Positions 1-6,418 of a DNA stretch of 26,444 nt are shown piece by piece. The stretch lies in IMG/VR virus record IMGVR_UViG_3300010220_000006, positions 1 through 26,444 of that record; one strand, 5' to 3'. Below the pieces are notes generated by a model, which made no database searches, had not been told where the DNA came from, and saw only the letters and a program-made list of their open reading frames with translations. This stretch comes from a virus (Duplodnaviria > Caudoviricetes). The translations under genes and the position numbers were made by a program. The stretch's first letter is position 1. Every line of letters starts with the position of its first letter.

Positions 1-3
1 AGC

Positions 4-59
4 TTCTAACTTGTCGTTCAAGCCGACGCCTACGGCGCGGCTTAATTCAGGTGTTGGGC
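4..59 (+). repeat. attC site 1
   Basis: TTCTAAC-TTGTC-GTTCAAGC-CGACGCC-TAC-GGCGCG-GCTTAAT-TCAGGT-GTTGGGC. Extra C and A on the top strand correspond to the canonical extrahelical G and T on the bottom strand. Resembles the aadA-type attC as I recall it. Confidence 0.92.
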
Positions 60-343
60 CGCAGGGATGGGCAATCATGGTTATCGCACGCCCGGAGATA
101 ATGGTCGCGGCACGCCGAGCGATCGCAGTCCGGCATGTCGTTCGCCATCCGCGTGTTTTCCAGCCGATCAAGCACGCCAAAATAATTCCGGTTCCTCAAC
201 TCAGCTTCTCCGTAGCGCTCCAGCAGTTCCCAATCGCCGTCGGTTGCGAGCGGCTTGTAAATCCCGGCTGGTATTCGCCGCGCCAATGCGCCGCCTTGCT
301 GTGCGCGCTTGATTTCATCCCATGTGTATCCAAAGATAGTCAT
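47..343 (-). CDS. Hypothetical protein (cassette 1), 98 aa, Cys/His-rich C-terminus
   Basis: ORF track 47..382 starts at a TTG inside attC2. ATG at 343 has a GGAGA Shine-Dalgarno 7 nt upstream and is preferred. Stop TGA lies inside attC1. Confidence 0.7.
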   Translation of the reverse strand: MTIFGYTWDEIKRAQQGGALARRIPAGIYKPLATDGDWELLERYGEAELRNRNYFGVLDRLENTRMANDMPDCDRSACRDHYLRACDNHDCPSLRPNT

Positions 344-364
344 CTGCAAATCTCCGGGCCAGCG

Positions 365-422
365 GCCCAACAATTCATTCAAGCCGACGCCGTTCCGGCG
401 CGGCTTAATTCAGGCGTTGGCC
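365..422 (+). repeat. attC site 2
   Basis: GCCCAAC-AATTC-ATTCAAGC-CGACGCCG-TTC-CGGCGCG-GCTTAAT-TCAGGC-GTTGGCC; textbook R''/L''/L'/R' boxes with both extrahelical bases. Confidence 0.95.
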
Positions 423-1219
423 GTCTCAAACAGCCCTTGCGCAGGGCATCGCGGGGAAAGCCAAAGGCACTCCACGCGGTCCCGCGCTCCATCGGCGTGA
501 GCGTGACGTTCCACGCACCGCCAGTCCTTGTAGAGCGCGTCGTACAGCGCGCTCCGGTAGCCGCTCAACACCACCGGCCCGCGCAGCTTGTGCAACGTCT
601 CGGCCAGCGCCTCATGGTCGGCGTCCGTCATTTCGTGGCGGTAGTCGCCGCCCTTGTCCCTCGTGGCCGCAACGTAGGGCGGGTCAACGTAGTGCACCGT
701 TTCTTCCCCGTCGTGCGCCGACATCACGGCCGCAGCTTCCCGGTTCTCGATCACTACACCCCGCAGGCGCTCTATCACGTCGCCAAACGCACCGGGGTAG
801 TTCCTCCAGTCGTGCGCGGGCGACGTGCCGCTGCGGTTGCTGTTCGCCCGAAAGCCGGTAGCCTTGTTGTGGGCGTTCGAGCCAAATCCCATAAAGGCCC
901 GTGCAACGGTGCGCCGCGCCTGCTCCAGCGGATCCGTGGTTTCGTGGTAGCTATCGAAAAACTCGTCCCGCGCAAACGGTGTCAGTTCCAGCGCCCTCCG
1001 CAGCTCGTCGCCGCGATCCCGCGCCACGCGAAACAGATTCACCACCTCACCGTCAAGGTCGTTGTACACCTCGCAGTAGCTGCGGGGTTTCTTCAACAGC
1101 ACGCTTGCCGCGCCGCCGAACGGCTCGACATAAACGCGGTGCCGGGGAAGGTGCGAAATAATCCAGTCCGCCAGCTTCCACTTGCCGCCGTGCCATCTGA
1201 GTATCGGTCGTTTGCACAT
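410..1219 (-). CDS. dam: DNA adenine methyltransferase, Dam/D12 family (cassette 2)
   Basis: LRWHGGKWKLA N-terminus, SAM-binding YVEPFGGAASV, EVYNDLD, catalytic YVDPPY. Stop inside attC2. Target sequence cannot be read from the protein. Confidence 0.92.
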   Translation of the reverse strand: MCKRPILRWHGGKWKLADWIISHLPRHRVYVEPFGGAASVLLKKPRSYCEVYNDLDGEVVNLFRVARDRGDELRRALELTPFARDEFFDSYHETTDPLEQARRTVARAFMGFGSNAHNKATGFRANSNRSGTSPAHDWRNYPGAFGDVIERLRGVVIENREAAAVMSAHDGEETVHYVDPPYVAATRDKGGDYRHEMTDADHEALAETLHKLRGPVVLSGYRSALYDALYKDWRCVERHAHADGARDRVECLWLSPRCPAQGLFETANA

Positions 1220-1232
1220 AGTCTCAGTCGCC

Positions 1233-1295
1233 GGCCAACCCGGCGCTCAAGCGGGACCGTCCGCAAGCGGCCGGCCCCTTAGCTCTGCGTTAGAG
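1233..1295 (+). repeat. attC site 3
   Basis: GGCCAAC-CCGGC-GCTCAAG-CGGGACCGTCCGC-AA-GCGGCCGGCCC-CTTAGC-TCTGC-GTTAGAG. Confidence 0.92.
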
Positions 1296-1966
1296 GGCTT
1301 CTTACCGCCACGCTCCAGCACCAGAAAATAGCTGTGGAAAATCCGCGCATGTTTCTGTGTACCTGCTCTGTTCGGTGAAGGTAGCCTGTGCTTTGCTGGC
1401 AGCACAAACAAATCCATCAGCCTGAATCCTTCAATCTCTGCCCAAAAAATCACATTGGCATGTGTGCAGTGCATCTTGTGGTTGTGGATAATGTCTTGGC
1501 ACTTGAACACCATCACCCCGCCCGGCTTCAAAACCCGATAGGCTTCGCTTATCGTGTGGCGGTAGTGTTCTTCCAGTTCATCGTAGCGCCAATATCCGGC
1601 AAACCGCTTCGCCATAATCATCGAGCCATTGCCCTCGCGTCCAGCGCGAACGTAGGTCAAAAACGGCGGGTCAAAAACCACGCTTCCTAGTGTCTGTGAC
1701 GCAAGCGGAAGCATGGTGCTGCAAGCCTGCTCCACCCCATCGAGTTGCGGGTCAATATCAAACTTGTGCTTTGGCTGCGGCAGGTTATGCCAAAACTTCC
1801 CGTTGCCATAGGTCATGTCGCAGTCAAACCCGTCAGGGCAGTGCAGCTTCATAATTCCGCGCAAAATCTCGTCCTGCTCAAAATACACAGAGCGCACCAC
1901 TTCGGCTTTCTCTTTTGTGGCGCTGGCTTCCGCTGGCTCCGTCACTGCTAAACACTGGTAGTCCAT
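1247..1966 (-). CDS. Putative amino (N6A/N4C) DNA methyltransferase, phage type (cassette 3)
   Basis: Motif I-like DMTYGNGKFW, catalytic-like VVFDPPF, EAYRVLKPGGVMVFKCQD; SD AAGGA upstream. The C-terminal 14 aa are translated from attC3. Confidence 0.8.
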   Translation of the reverse strand: MDYQCLAVTEPAEASATKEKAEVVRSVYFEQDEILRGIMKLHCPDGFDCDMTYGNGKFWHNLPQPKHKFDIDPQLDGVEQACSTMLPLASQTLGSVVFDPPFLTYVRAGREGNGSMIMAKRFAGYWRYDELEEHYRHTISEAYRVLKPGGVMVFKCQDIIHNHKMHCTHANVIFWAEIEGFRLMDLFVLPAKHRLPSPNRAGTQKHARIFHSYFLVLERGGKKPSNAELRGRPLADGPA

Positions 1967-1987
1967 AGTTTTCCTTTAGTTCCCGCC

Positions 1988-2051
1988 CTCTAACATTGCG
2001 TTCAAGGCCCGACCGCGCTAAAGCGCGTCGGCCTTAACTTCACCGTTGGCA
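1988..2051 (+). repeat. attC site 4
   Basis: CTCTAAC-ATTGC-GTTCAAG-GCCCGACCGCGCT-AA-AGCGCGTCGGC-CTTAAC-TTCACC-GTTGGCA. Confidence 0.9.
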
Positions 2052-2782
2052 GGCAAAAGCATGTCGCCCTGCACCGCCGTATCGCCAGCGCCGACTTTTG
2101 CGTCCTCGAACAGCCTGCCCTGCCGCTGCGCGTCCTCTATGCGGCGGCGGGCGATGTCGAAATACTTGGGTTCGCGCTCGATGCCGATGAACTCGCGGCC
2201 AAGGTTCGCGCAGGCCACGCCGGTAGTGCCGCTGCCCATGAAGGGGTCGAGGACCGCACCACCTGATCTCACGCTGGCGAGAACTTGGCGCTCCATCAGC
2301 CAAACCGGCTTTGGCGTCGGGTGATCTTCTTTCTCTGCTGTCGGCCCTCGCCACACTGGCGACTTGCAGAACTCGGCGAAATGGGCGCCCGCCCGCTTCC
2401 CGTACACGCAAGCCTCAATGGCCGACAGCCAAATATGCTGGCCGTTCATTGGGCTGGGGTTGGACTTCTCCCAAATGCACAGCCGGGTCGAATATCCTGC
2501 TGCGACCATTCCGGCGCGAAGTTGGCTAACCTGCTCGATGCCGCACCAGACATAGACGGACTCACCAAGCAGCAGAACCTTCAAGACTTCGGACAACTCG
2601 CAGGTTTCAATGTCGGCCGCCCCCTTATCGAGATTCCGAAGGCCGCCCGATGCTCGATTTACTTCGCCGTAGGGAATGTCCGTAATCACCGCGTCCACCT
2701 TCGGCAGCGTCGGCAGTATCTCGCGGCAGTCGCCCAGGTAAAGCGTGCAATTCCCGATTGTCACTTTCTCAGCCATCATCAC
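2018..2782 (-). CDS. N6A/N4C DNA methyltransferase, beta class (cassette 4)
   Basis: LYLGDC, DAVITDIPY (DPPY variant), HPTPKPV, VLDPFMGSGTTG, FIGIERE. True start may be ATG 2776 or 2779 (GGAG upstream). Stop TAG inside attC4. Confidence 0.9.
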   Translation of the reverse strand: MMMAEKVTIGNCTLYLGDCREILPTLPKVDAVITDIPYGEVNRASGGLRNLDKGAADIETCELSEVLKVLLLGESVYVWCGIEQVSQLRAGMVAAGYSTRLCIWEKSNPSPMNGQHIWLSAIEACVYGKRAGAHFAEFCKSPVWRGPTAEKEDHPTPKPVWLMERQVLASVRSGGAVLDPFMGSGTTGVACANLGREFIGIEREPKYFDIARRRIEDAQRQGRLFEDAKVGAGDTAVQGDMLLPANGEVKADAL

Positions 2783-2801
2783 TCCGTAGTTACGTTTTGC
2801 C

Positions 2802-2864
2802 TGCCAACACGTCGGTCAAGCGGACGGCGGAAAAGCACCGCCGCCGCTTACCTTGGCGTTAGTC
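2802..2864 (+). repeat. attC site 5
   Basis: TGCCAAC-ACGTC-GGTCAAG-CGGACGGCGG-AAAAGCA-CCGCCGCCG-CTTACC-TTGGC-GTTAGTC. Confidence 0.92.
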
Positions 2865-3026
2865 GTCATCCAGTTCATCGTTTTCCAGCAGCGCCATCCG
2901 CTCGTCAACAATGTCCCGAATCCGATCAACCGCCATCCGCGTCCGTTCATTGTCGATCCCGTAATATCGCAAAAGCTGGCGGCATTCCTCAAACAAGTCC
3001 TGGCACATCTCGCGCTCTGTTGCCAC
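2859..3026 (-). CDS. Small acidic hypothetical protein (cassette 5), about 55 aa
   Basis: ORF track 2859..3044. GTG at 3026 is preceded by GAGGAG (6 nt spacing) located in attC6. Stop TAA overlaps the GTTAG core of attC5. Confidence 0.6.
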   Translation of the reverse strand: MATEREMCQDLFEECRQLLRYYGIDNERTRMAVDRIRDIVDERMALLENDELDDD

Positions 3027-3086
3027 GTCTAACTCCTCATTCAAGCGGGACGCGCTAAAGCGCGCCCCTTAATTCATGCGTTAGGC
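3027..3086 (+). repeat. attC site 6
   Basis: GTCTAAC-TCCTC-ATTCAAG-CGGGACGCGCT-AA-AGCGCGCCC-CTTAAT-TCATGC-GTTAGGC. Confidence 0.94.
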
Positions 3087-3346
3087 CACACGGGGCGACC
3101 GCCGCGCACTTCACCGGCCCACTGATCTGGCGTCGTGATGTCGTCTCCGTAGTCGAGGATGTTGGGCTCTGTGTCGCGCTCACCGATCAAGAGCTTCGTG
3201 CGCTCTGCCTCGTAGGCCACTCTGTTCCAGTATTCTCCGCGATCCATCTCACCGGCTTTCCAACCGCCTGCACTTGTTTTTCTTGTAAATAGACCAGTAT
3301 GTTGATCGTAATCAAGTCTTTGTTTTAATTCAGACTGAGTAATCAT
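3074..3346 (-). CDS. Chimeric ORF: HNH homing-endonuclease-like N-terminus fused to an unrelated C-terminus
   Basis: MITQSELKQRLDYDQHTGLFTRK resembles phage HNH endonuclease N-termini, but no HNH motif follows. AT-rich 5' part, GC-rich 3' part; SD AGGAG; stop in attC6. Confidence 0.6.
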   Translation of the reverse strand: MITQSELKQRLDYDQHTGLFTRKTSAGGWKAGEMDRGEYWNRVAYEAERTKLLIGERDTEPNILDYGDDITTPDQWAGEVRGGRPVWPNA

Positions 3347-3358
3347 CTTGTCTCCTTT

Positions 3359-3634
3359 TTACAAATAATCCCAACTATGCGCCTTCGCCCATAACATCGG
3401 CTCGTCATTCAGCCGGTGCCATTTCTCGCCGCGCTCATGCTTGCCGTCAATGTCGTAGTACGCTTCGTCAATCCGTGTGTATACATGCCCCATGATCGGG
3501 TCATACCAGGCTTCGGCCAGCGGGAAAAGTTCTTTCAGCACACGGTATAGCTGGAAGCATCCGCCGTTGCTGAAACGATTCTCTGCGTTGACGATGCCGA
3601 TTCTTACGGCTGCGATTATCTCTATGGGGGTCAT
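3359..3634 (-). CDS. Phage hypothetical protein, 91 aa
   Basis: ATGA overlap with the upstream methylase; NGGC...GHVY...YYDIDG pattern. Confidence 0.75.
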   Translation of the reverse strand: MTPIEIIAAVRIGIVNAENRFSNGGCFQLYRVLKELFPLAEAWYDPIMGHVYTRIDEAYYDIDGKHERGEKWHRLNDEPMLWAKAHSWDYL

Positions 3635-5058
3635 GCCGCTATCCTCTCGGATTGCACCTCACGAACCATCTGGATGCGTTGGCCTATCCAGCGCATAACC
3701 GGAACGGCCATCGAATTACCTAACGCCTTATACATTGCGCTGTCGCTTGCTCCTGGCACTTTAGATAGGTAATCGTCCGGGAATCCTTGAAGTCTGGCGC
3801 ATTCAGTTGGAGTAAGGCGGCGGACCTGCATGCTTTGCATCAAATATGTTTGTTGTTTCATTCCTGGCTCTGCGGCCAGCGCACCAACTACATCCATAGT
3901 CCTCACCTCGTCACGCTGATTTTGCGCAAACGCTACAGCAGGGCTTTTAGACTTATCCAGCGTAGGGCATACCGTGTCAGGATTCATGCTTTGTGTGGTG
4001 CTGGCTTGATGGTGGAAGGCGACTGCATGCTGATCTGTTTTTGTCAGGCAATGCGATACATCGTGCATAGGCTCGACAGCATTGCCGCCGTTCTCTGGTG
4101 ATCGACCAATCCAGTTGCCTGGTATGCCGTAGCTAATCAAGTCAGTCGCGTCTTTGTAGTCGCGTTGTTTCAATGATCCTGCGAGATCGTCATCAACGTA
4201 CTCACCGAAAGCAACCATGCGATTGGTGGTGATACAAAAATCTAACTCGTTGGCGTTTCCTGCTGGCCTTGTTGTTCCGCCACCATTTGCAGCGAGTGTT
4301 CCAGCAACGACAGGAACAGGCACTATCAACTCATCCTTGCTATCTCCGCTTCTGGCTCCATGCCCTTTGCCACCGTTTGCAGCGCCTGCTCTAATTGTTG
4401 GGGCAACTTCTTGCCCCTTTTCTCGGCTCGGCGCAGGATGCCCCTGCAAGCTGTGGCGCTCAAAAAGTACCGGCAGTCTATCAATCCAGTTTCCAAAATC
4501 TGCGAGAGCGAACATACGTCTGCGTCTTTGTGGAACTCCAAAGTATTGCGCGTCCAAAGTGCGCCATTCGAGAACCCCTGTTTCGCTGGCAGCAACTCCG
4601 CTGTTTTGCCATCCGTTTTTTGGTACAGCAAATTCGGTGTCAAGGATTTCTCCAACCATTGAAGCAAAATCGCGTCCATTGTTTGATGAATAGATGCCTG
4701 GCACATTTTCAAGGAGCAACCATCTTGCATTTGTCCATCTTGCGATTTGCAAGGCTGTGTAAAAAAGTCCAGACCTAGTTGCGCTTCCATCTGCATTTTT
4801 TAACCCTTTTCTTAATCCAGCCACACTCAAATCTTGGCAAGGAAATCCGCCTACAACCAAATCAATATGCCCCAATGATTTAATCTGCTCTTGCGTGATT
4901 TTTGTGATGTCGCCAAGATTTGGAACATCAGGATAGTGGTGTGCCAATACCCTGCAAGGAAACGGATCGATCTCAGCAACGGCAGCGCATTCCCAACCCA
5001 AAGGCAACCACGCAACACTTGCTGCCTCGATTCCACTAAATAAAGATAAGAACTTCAT
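3631..5058 (-). CDS. dcm: DNA (cytosine-5) methyltransferase
   Basis: Motifs I (LSLFSGIE), IV (GGFPCQDLS), VI (ENVPG), VIII (PQRRRR), IX (RRLTPTECARLQGFP), X (YKALGNSMAV); long variable region. Confidence 0.95.
   Translation of the reverse strand: MKFLSLFSGIEAASVAWLPLGWECAAVAEIDPFPCRVLAHHYPDVPNLGDITKITQEQIKSLGHIDLVVGGFPCQDLSVAGLRKGLKNADGSATRSGLFYTALQIARWTNARWLLLENVPGIYSSNNGRDFASMVGEILDTEFAVPKNGWQNSGVAASETGVLEWRTLDAQYFGVPQRRRRMFALADFGNWIDRLPVLFERHSLQGHPAPSREKGQEVAPTIRAGAANGGKGHGARSGDSKDELIVPVPVVAGTLAANGGGTTRPAGNANELDFCITTNRMVAFGEYVDDDLAGSLKQRDYKDATDLISYGIPGNWIGRSPENGGNAVEPMHDVSHCLTKTDQHAVAFHHQASTTQSMNPDTVCPTLDKSKSPAVAFAQNQRDEVRTMDVVGALAAEPGMKQQTYLMQSMQVRRLTPTECARLQGFPDDYLSKVPGASDSAMYKALGNSMAVPVMRWIGQRIQMVREVQSERIAA
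4326..4796 (-). CDS. Overprinted ORF inside dcm, similar to the M.EcoHK31I beta polypeptide
   Basis: 156-aa alternative-frame ORF on the same strand, AAGGG upstream of the ATG. SLKM...WTRNTLE...CSLSQILET...FLS...GILRRAEKRGKKLP resembles the beta subunit as I recall it. Confidence 0.6.
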   Translation of the reverse strand: MQMEAQLGLDFFTQPCKSQDGQMQDGCSLKMCQASIHQTMDAILLQWLEKSLTPNLLYQKTDGKTAELLPAKQGFSNGALWTRNTLEFHKDADVCSLSQILETGLIDCRYFLSATACRGILRRAEKRGKKLPQQLEQALQTVAKGMEPEAEIARMS

Positions 5059-5534
5059 TTGCCAGCCTCGTGTTCAATTCGATGACAATTAGGGCAAATA
5101 ACCTCACCATTAGAAATGGTGTTAAGTCCACCTTTGCATCTAGGTAAAATATGATGAACATCGCACGTTGCTTTATTCCATCCACAACGTGAGCATGAAT
5201 TGCCTTTTGCTTTTCTAACTGCCTCAGCCCATGACTTTCGGTTTTTATAATTTTTATTGTCGGAATGAATTTGATATGTTTTTCCTGAATTCCAAGATGA
5301 TTTTGGCTTTCTTGAAACTTCTGATCTCAAACATCCACAAGATTGAGTTCCTTTTTTATTGCCTGAACGAAAATTATTGCTTTGAACTAGGCATTTATTT
5401 CCGCATTCGCACAAGTACTCCCATAAAACATGTCCATCAGACGACCTTCCAGATTCCTTAACTACAGTGAGGCGACCATATTTAATGCCAGTTCTATTCA
5501 CGGCGTTTCCACGCTTTATGACTTCGTTAATCAT
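5055..5534 (-). CDS. HNH homing endonuclease
   Basis: N-terminal YGRLTV...W.YLCECG...SCGCL module and C-terminal CSRC...DVHHILP...GGLN...N...CPNCH; AT-rich; ATGA overlaps at both ends. Confidence 0.88.
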   Translation of the reverse strand: MINEVIKRGNAVNRTGIKYGRLTVVKESGRSSDGHVLWEYLCECGNKCLVQSNNFRSGNKKGTQSCGCLRSEVSRKPKSSWNSGKTYQIHSDNKNYKNRKSWAEAVRKAKGNSCSRCGWNKATCDVHHILPRCKGGLNTISNGEVICPNCHRIEHEAGK

Positions 5535-5758
5535 GCTTTCACTCTCCATGTCGCCCATTTCTTTCCCGCCTTCATCGCAATCTTTCGCGATCGGGTTCCG
5601 CCCATACTTGCGTTTTGTTTCAGAGGCAGCTTTACACCTTTCTTCTCAAGTTTGTTCAGTGTGTAAGAGCTGATTCCCAAGTCCTTCATCATTTGATTCC
5701 TGCTGTTGTACGGATTCGCCTGCATGTAGGATTCGATTCTCTGGATCAGGTCGTTCAT
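5531..5758 (-). CDS. Small basic HTH-like protein
   Basis: SD GAGGTG; SRNQMMKDLGISSYTLNKL is HTH-like. Confidence 0.65.
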   Translation of the reverse strand: MNDLIQRIESYMQANPYNSRNQMMKDLGISSYTLNKLEKKGVKLPLKQNASMGGTRSRKIAMKAGKKWATWRVKA

Positions 5759-5933
5759 TTTTCACCTCTGCTATCAATTCCAGCATGGCGGCTTCCCCAT
5801 GCTCTGCCTTGTACGCTTTCAGCCATTGCCTTGCTGCCGGTTTGTATGCGGCTCGAAGCCACTTGACCTGGCAGCAGCGGTTGTTCATGTTGAACGTCCA
5901 CTTCAGCCCCTTTGCACAGAATTCGCATGTCAT
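5646..5933 (-). CDS. Hypothetical protein (CxxC...CC)
   Basis: ATGA-coupled to the P-like gene; 3' end overlaps the next gene by 113 nt. Confidence 0.55.
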   Translation of the reverse strand: MTCEFCAKGLKWTFNMNNRCCQVKWLRAAYKPAARQWLKAYKAEHGEAAMLELIAEVKNERPDPENRILHAGESVQQQESNDEGLGNQLLHTEQT

Positions 5934-6418
5934 GCGGCCTCGATGGCTTGTTTTGCAAACCGAGCAGCAATGTCAGAAACAGTCCTGTCACCGTCCTTGA
6001 CGCGCTGGATAATGGCGTGCGCCCAGTCTTTCATGCCGCGCTCCTGCTTCTTCTGCAACTTCTCGGCCTCGGCTTGCAAACGCTCGTGGTTACGCTCGAT
6101 TTCCTCGGCGGTGAAGTGCCTTGGCAGCGCCTTGGTTATTTCACCTGGTTTCATGGCGGCACAAATCCGCTTGAACTCAGGCAGCGTTGGCGGGAACTGC
6201 AGGTTGTCAGCGCAGTGATTGATTGCCTTGCCAATCTCCATCAGCGAGAACTTCGCAAGTCCTGCAGCCCATTCGTCCTTGACCGAATCCATCGGAATAT
6301 CCGCCCACATATCCAGCCAGTGCTTGCCGTACAGACTAGCCATTCGAAGAAAGAGCCGGTCTATCGCCTGTGGCGGAATCACTTGATACGTCGATGATTC
6401 TTGGCTTGTGGTTTCCAT
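5930..6418 (-). CDS. Replication protein P-like (helicase loader)
   Basis: Directly downstream of the initiator; LFLRMASLYG..W and FPPTLPEF motifs typical of lambda P-like proteins. Confidence 0.7.
   Translation of the reverse strand: METTSQESSTYQVIPPQAIDRLFLRMASLYGKHWLDMWADIPMDSVKDEWAAGLAKFSLMEIGKAINHCADNLQFPPTLPEFKRICAAMKPGEITKALPRHFTAEEIERNHERLQAEAEKLQKKQERGMKDWAHAIIQRVKDGDRTVSDIAARFAKQAIEAA

Larger units (their letters stand above)
4..3086 (+). mobile_element. Integron-type gene cassette array (6 attC sites, 5 complete cassettes, no intI in window; CALIN-like) embedded in the phage early operon
   Basis: Six 56-64 bp imperfect palindromes of the form YAAC-N5-NNTCAAG...CTTANN-N5/6-GTT separate consecutive genes. 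Each cassette's 5' GTT end is the reverse complement of its own downstream R'' box. Cassettes (G|TT to G): 54-416, 417-1289, 1290-2045, 2046-2858, 2859-3080. Confidence 0.93.

Noticed and set aside
11-1282. 423-aa + strand ORF (also 2285..3058) as the 'true' sense-orientation cassette genes
   Set aside because: In-register antisense shadow of GC-rich minus-strand genes; it runs through attC sites and has no motifs, whereas the minus-strand ORFs have clear MTase motifs and RBSs.
4-3086. Repeats read as a CRISPR array, REP elements or terminators
   Set aside because: Spacing is gene-sized and variable, the repeats diverge in sequence but keep attC structure, there are no U-tracts or cas genes, and cassette-end complementarity is specific to attC.
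3717-3724. ACCTAAC as a seventh attC R'' box
   Set aside because: It lies inside dcm motif X and has no L boxes or matching GTT arm.
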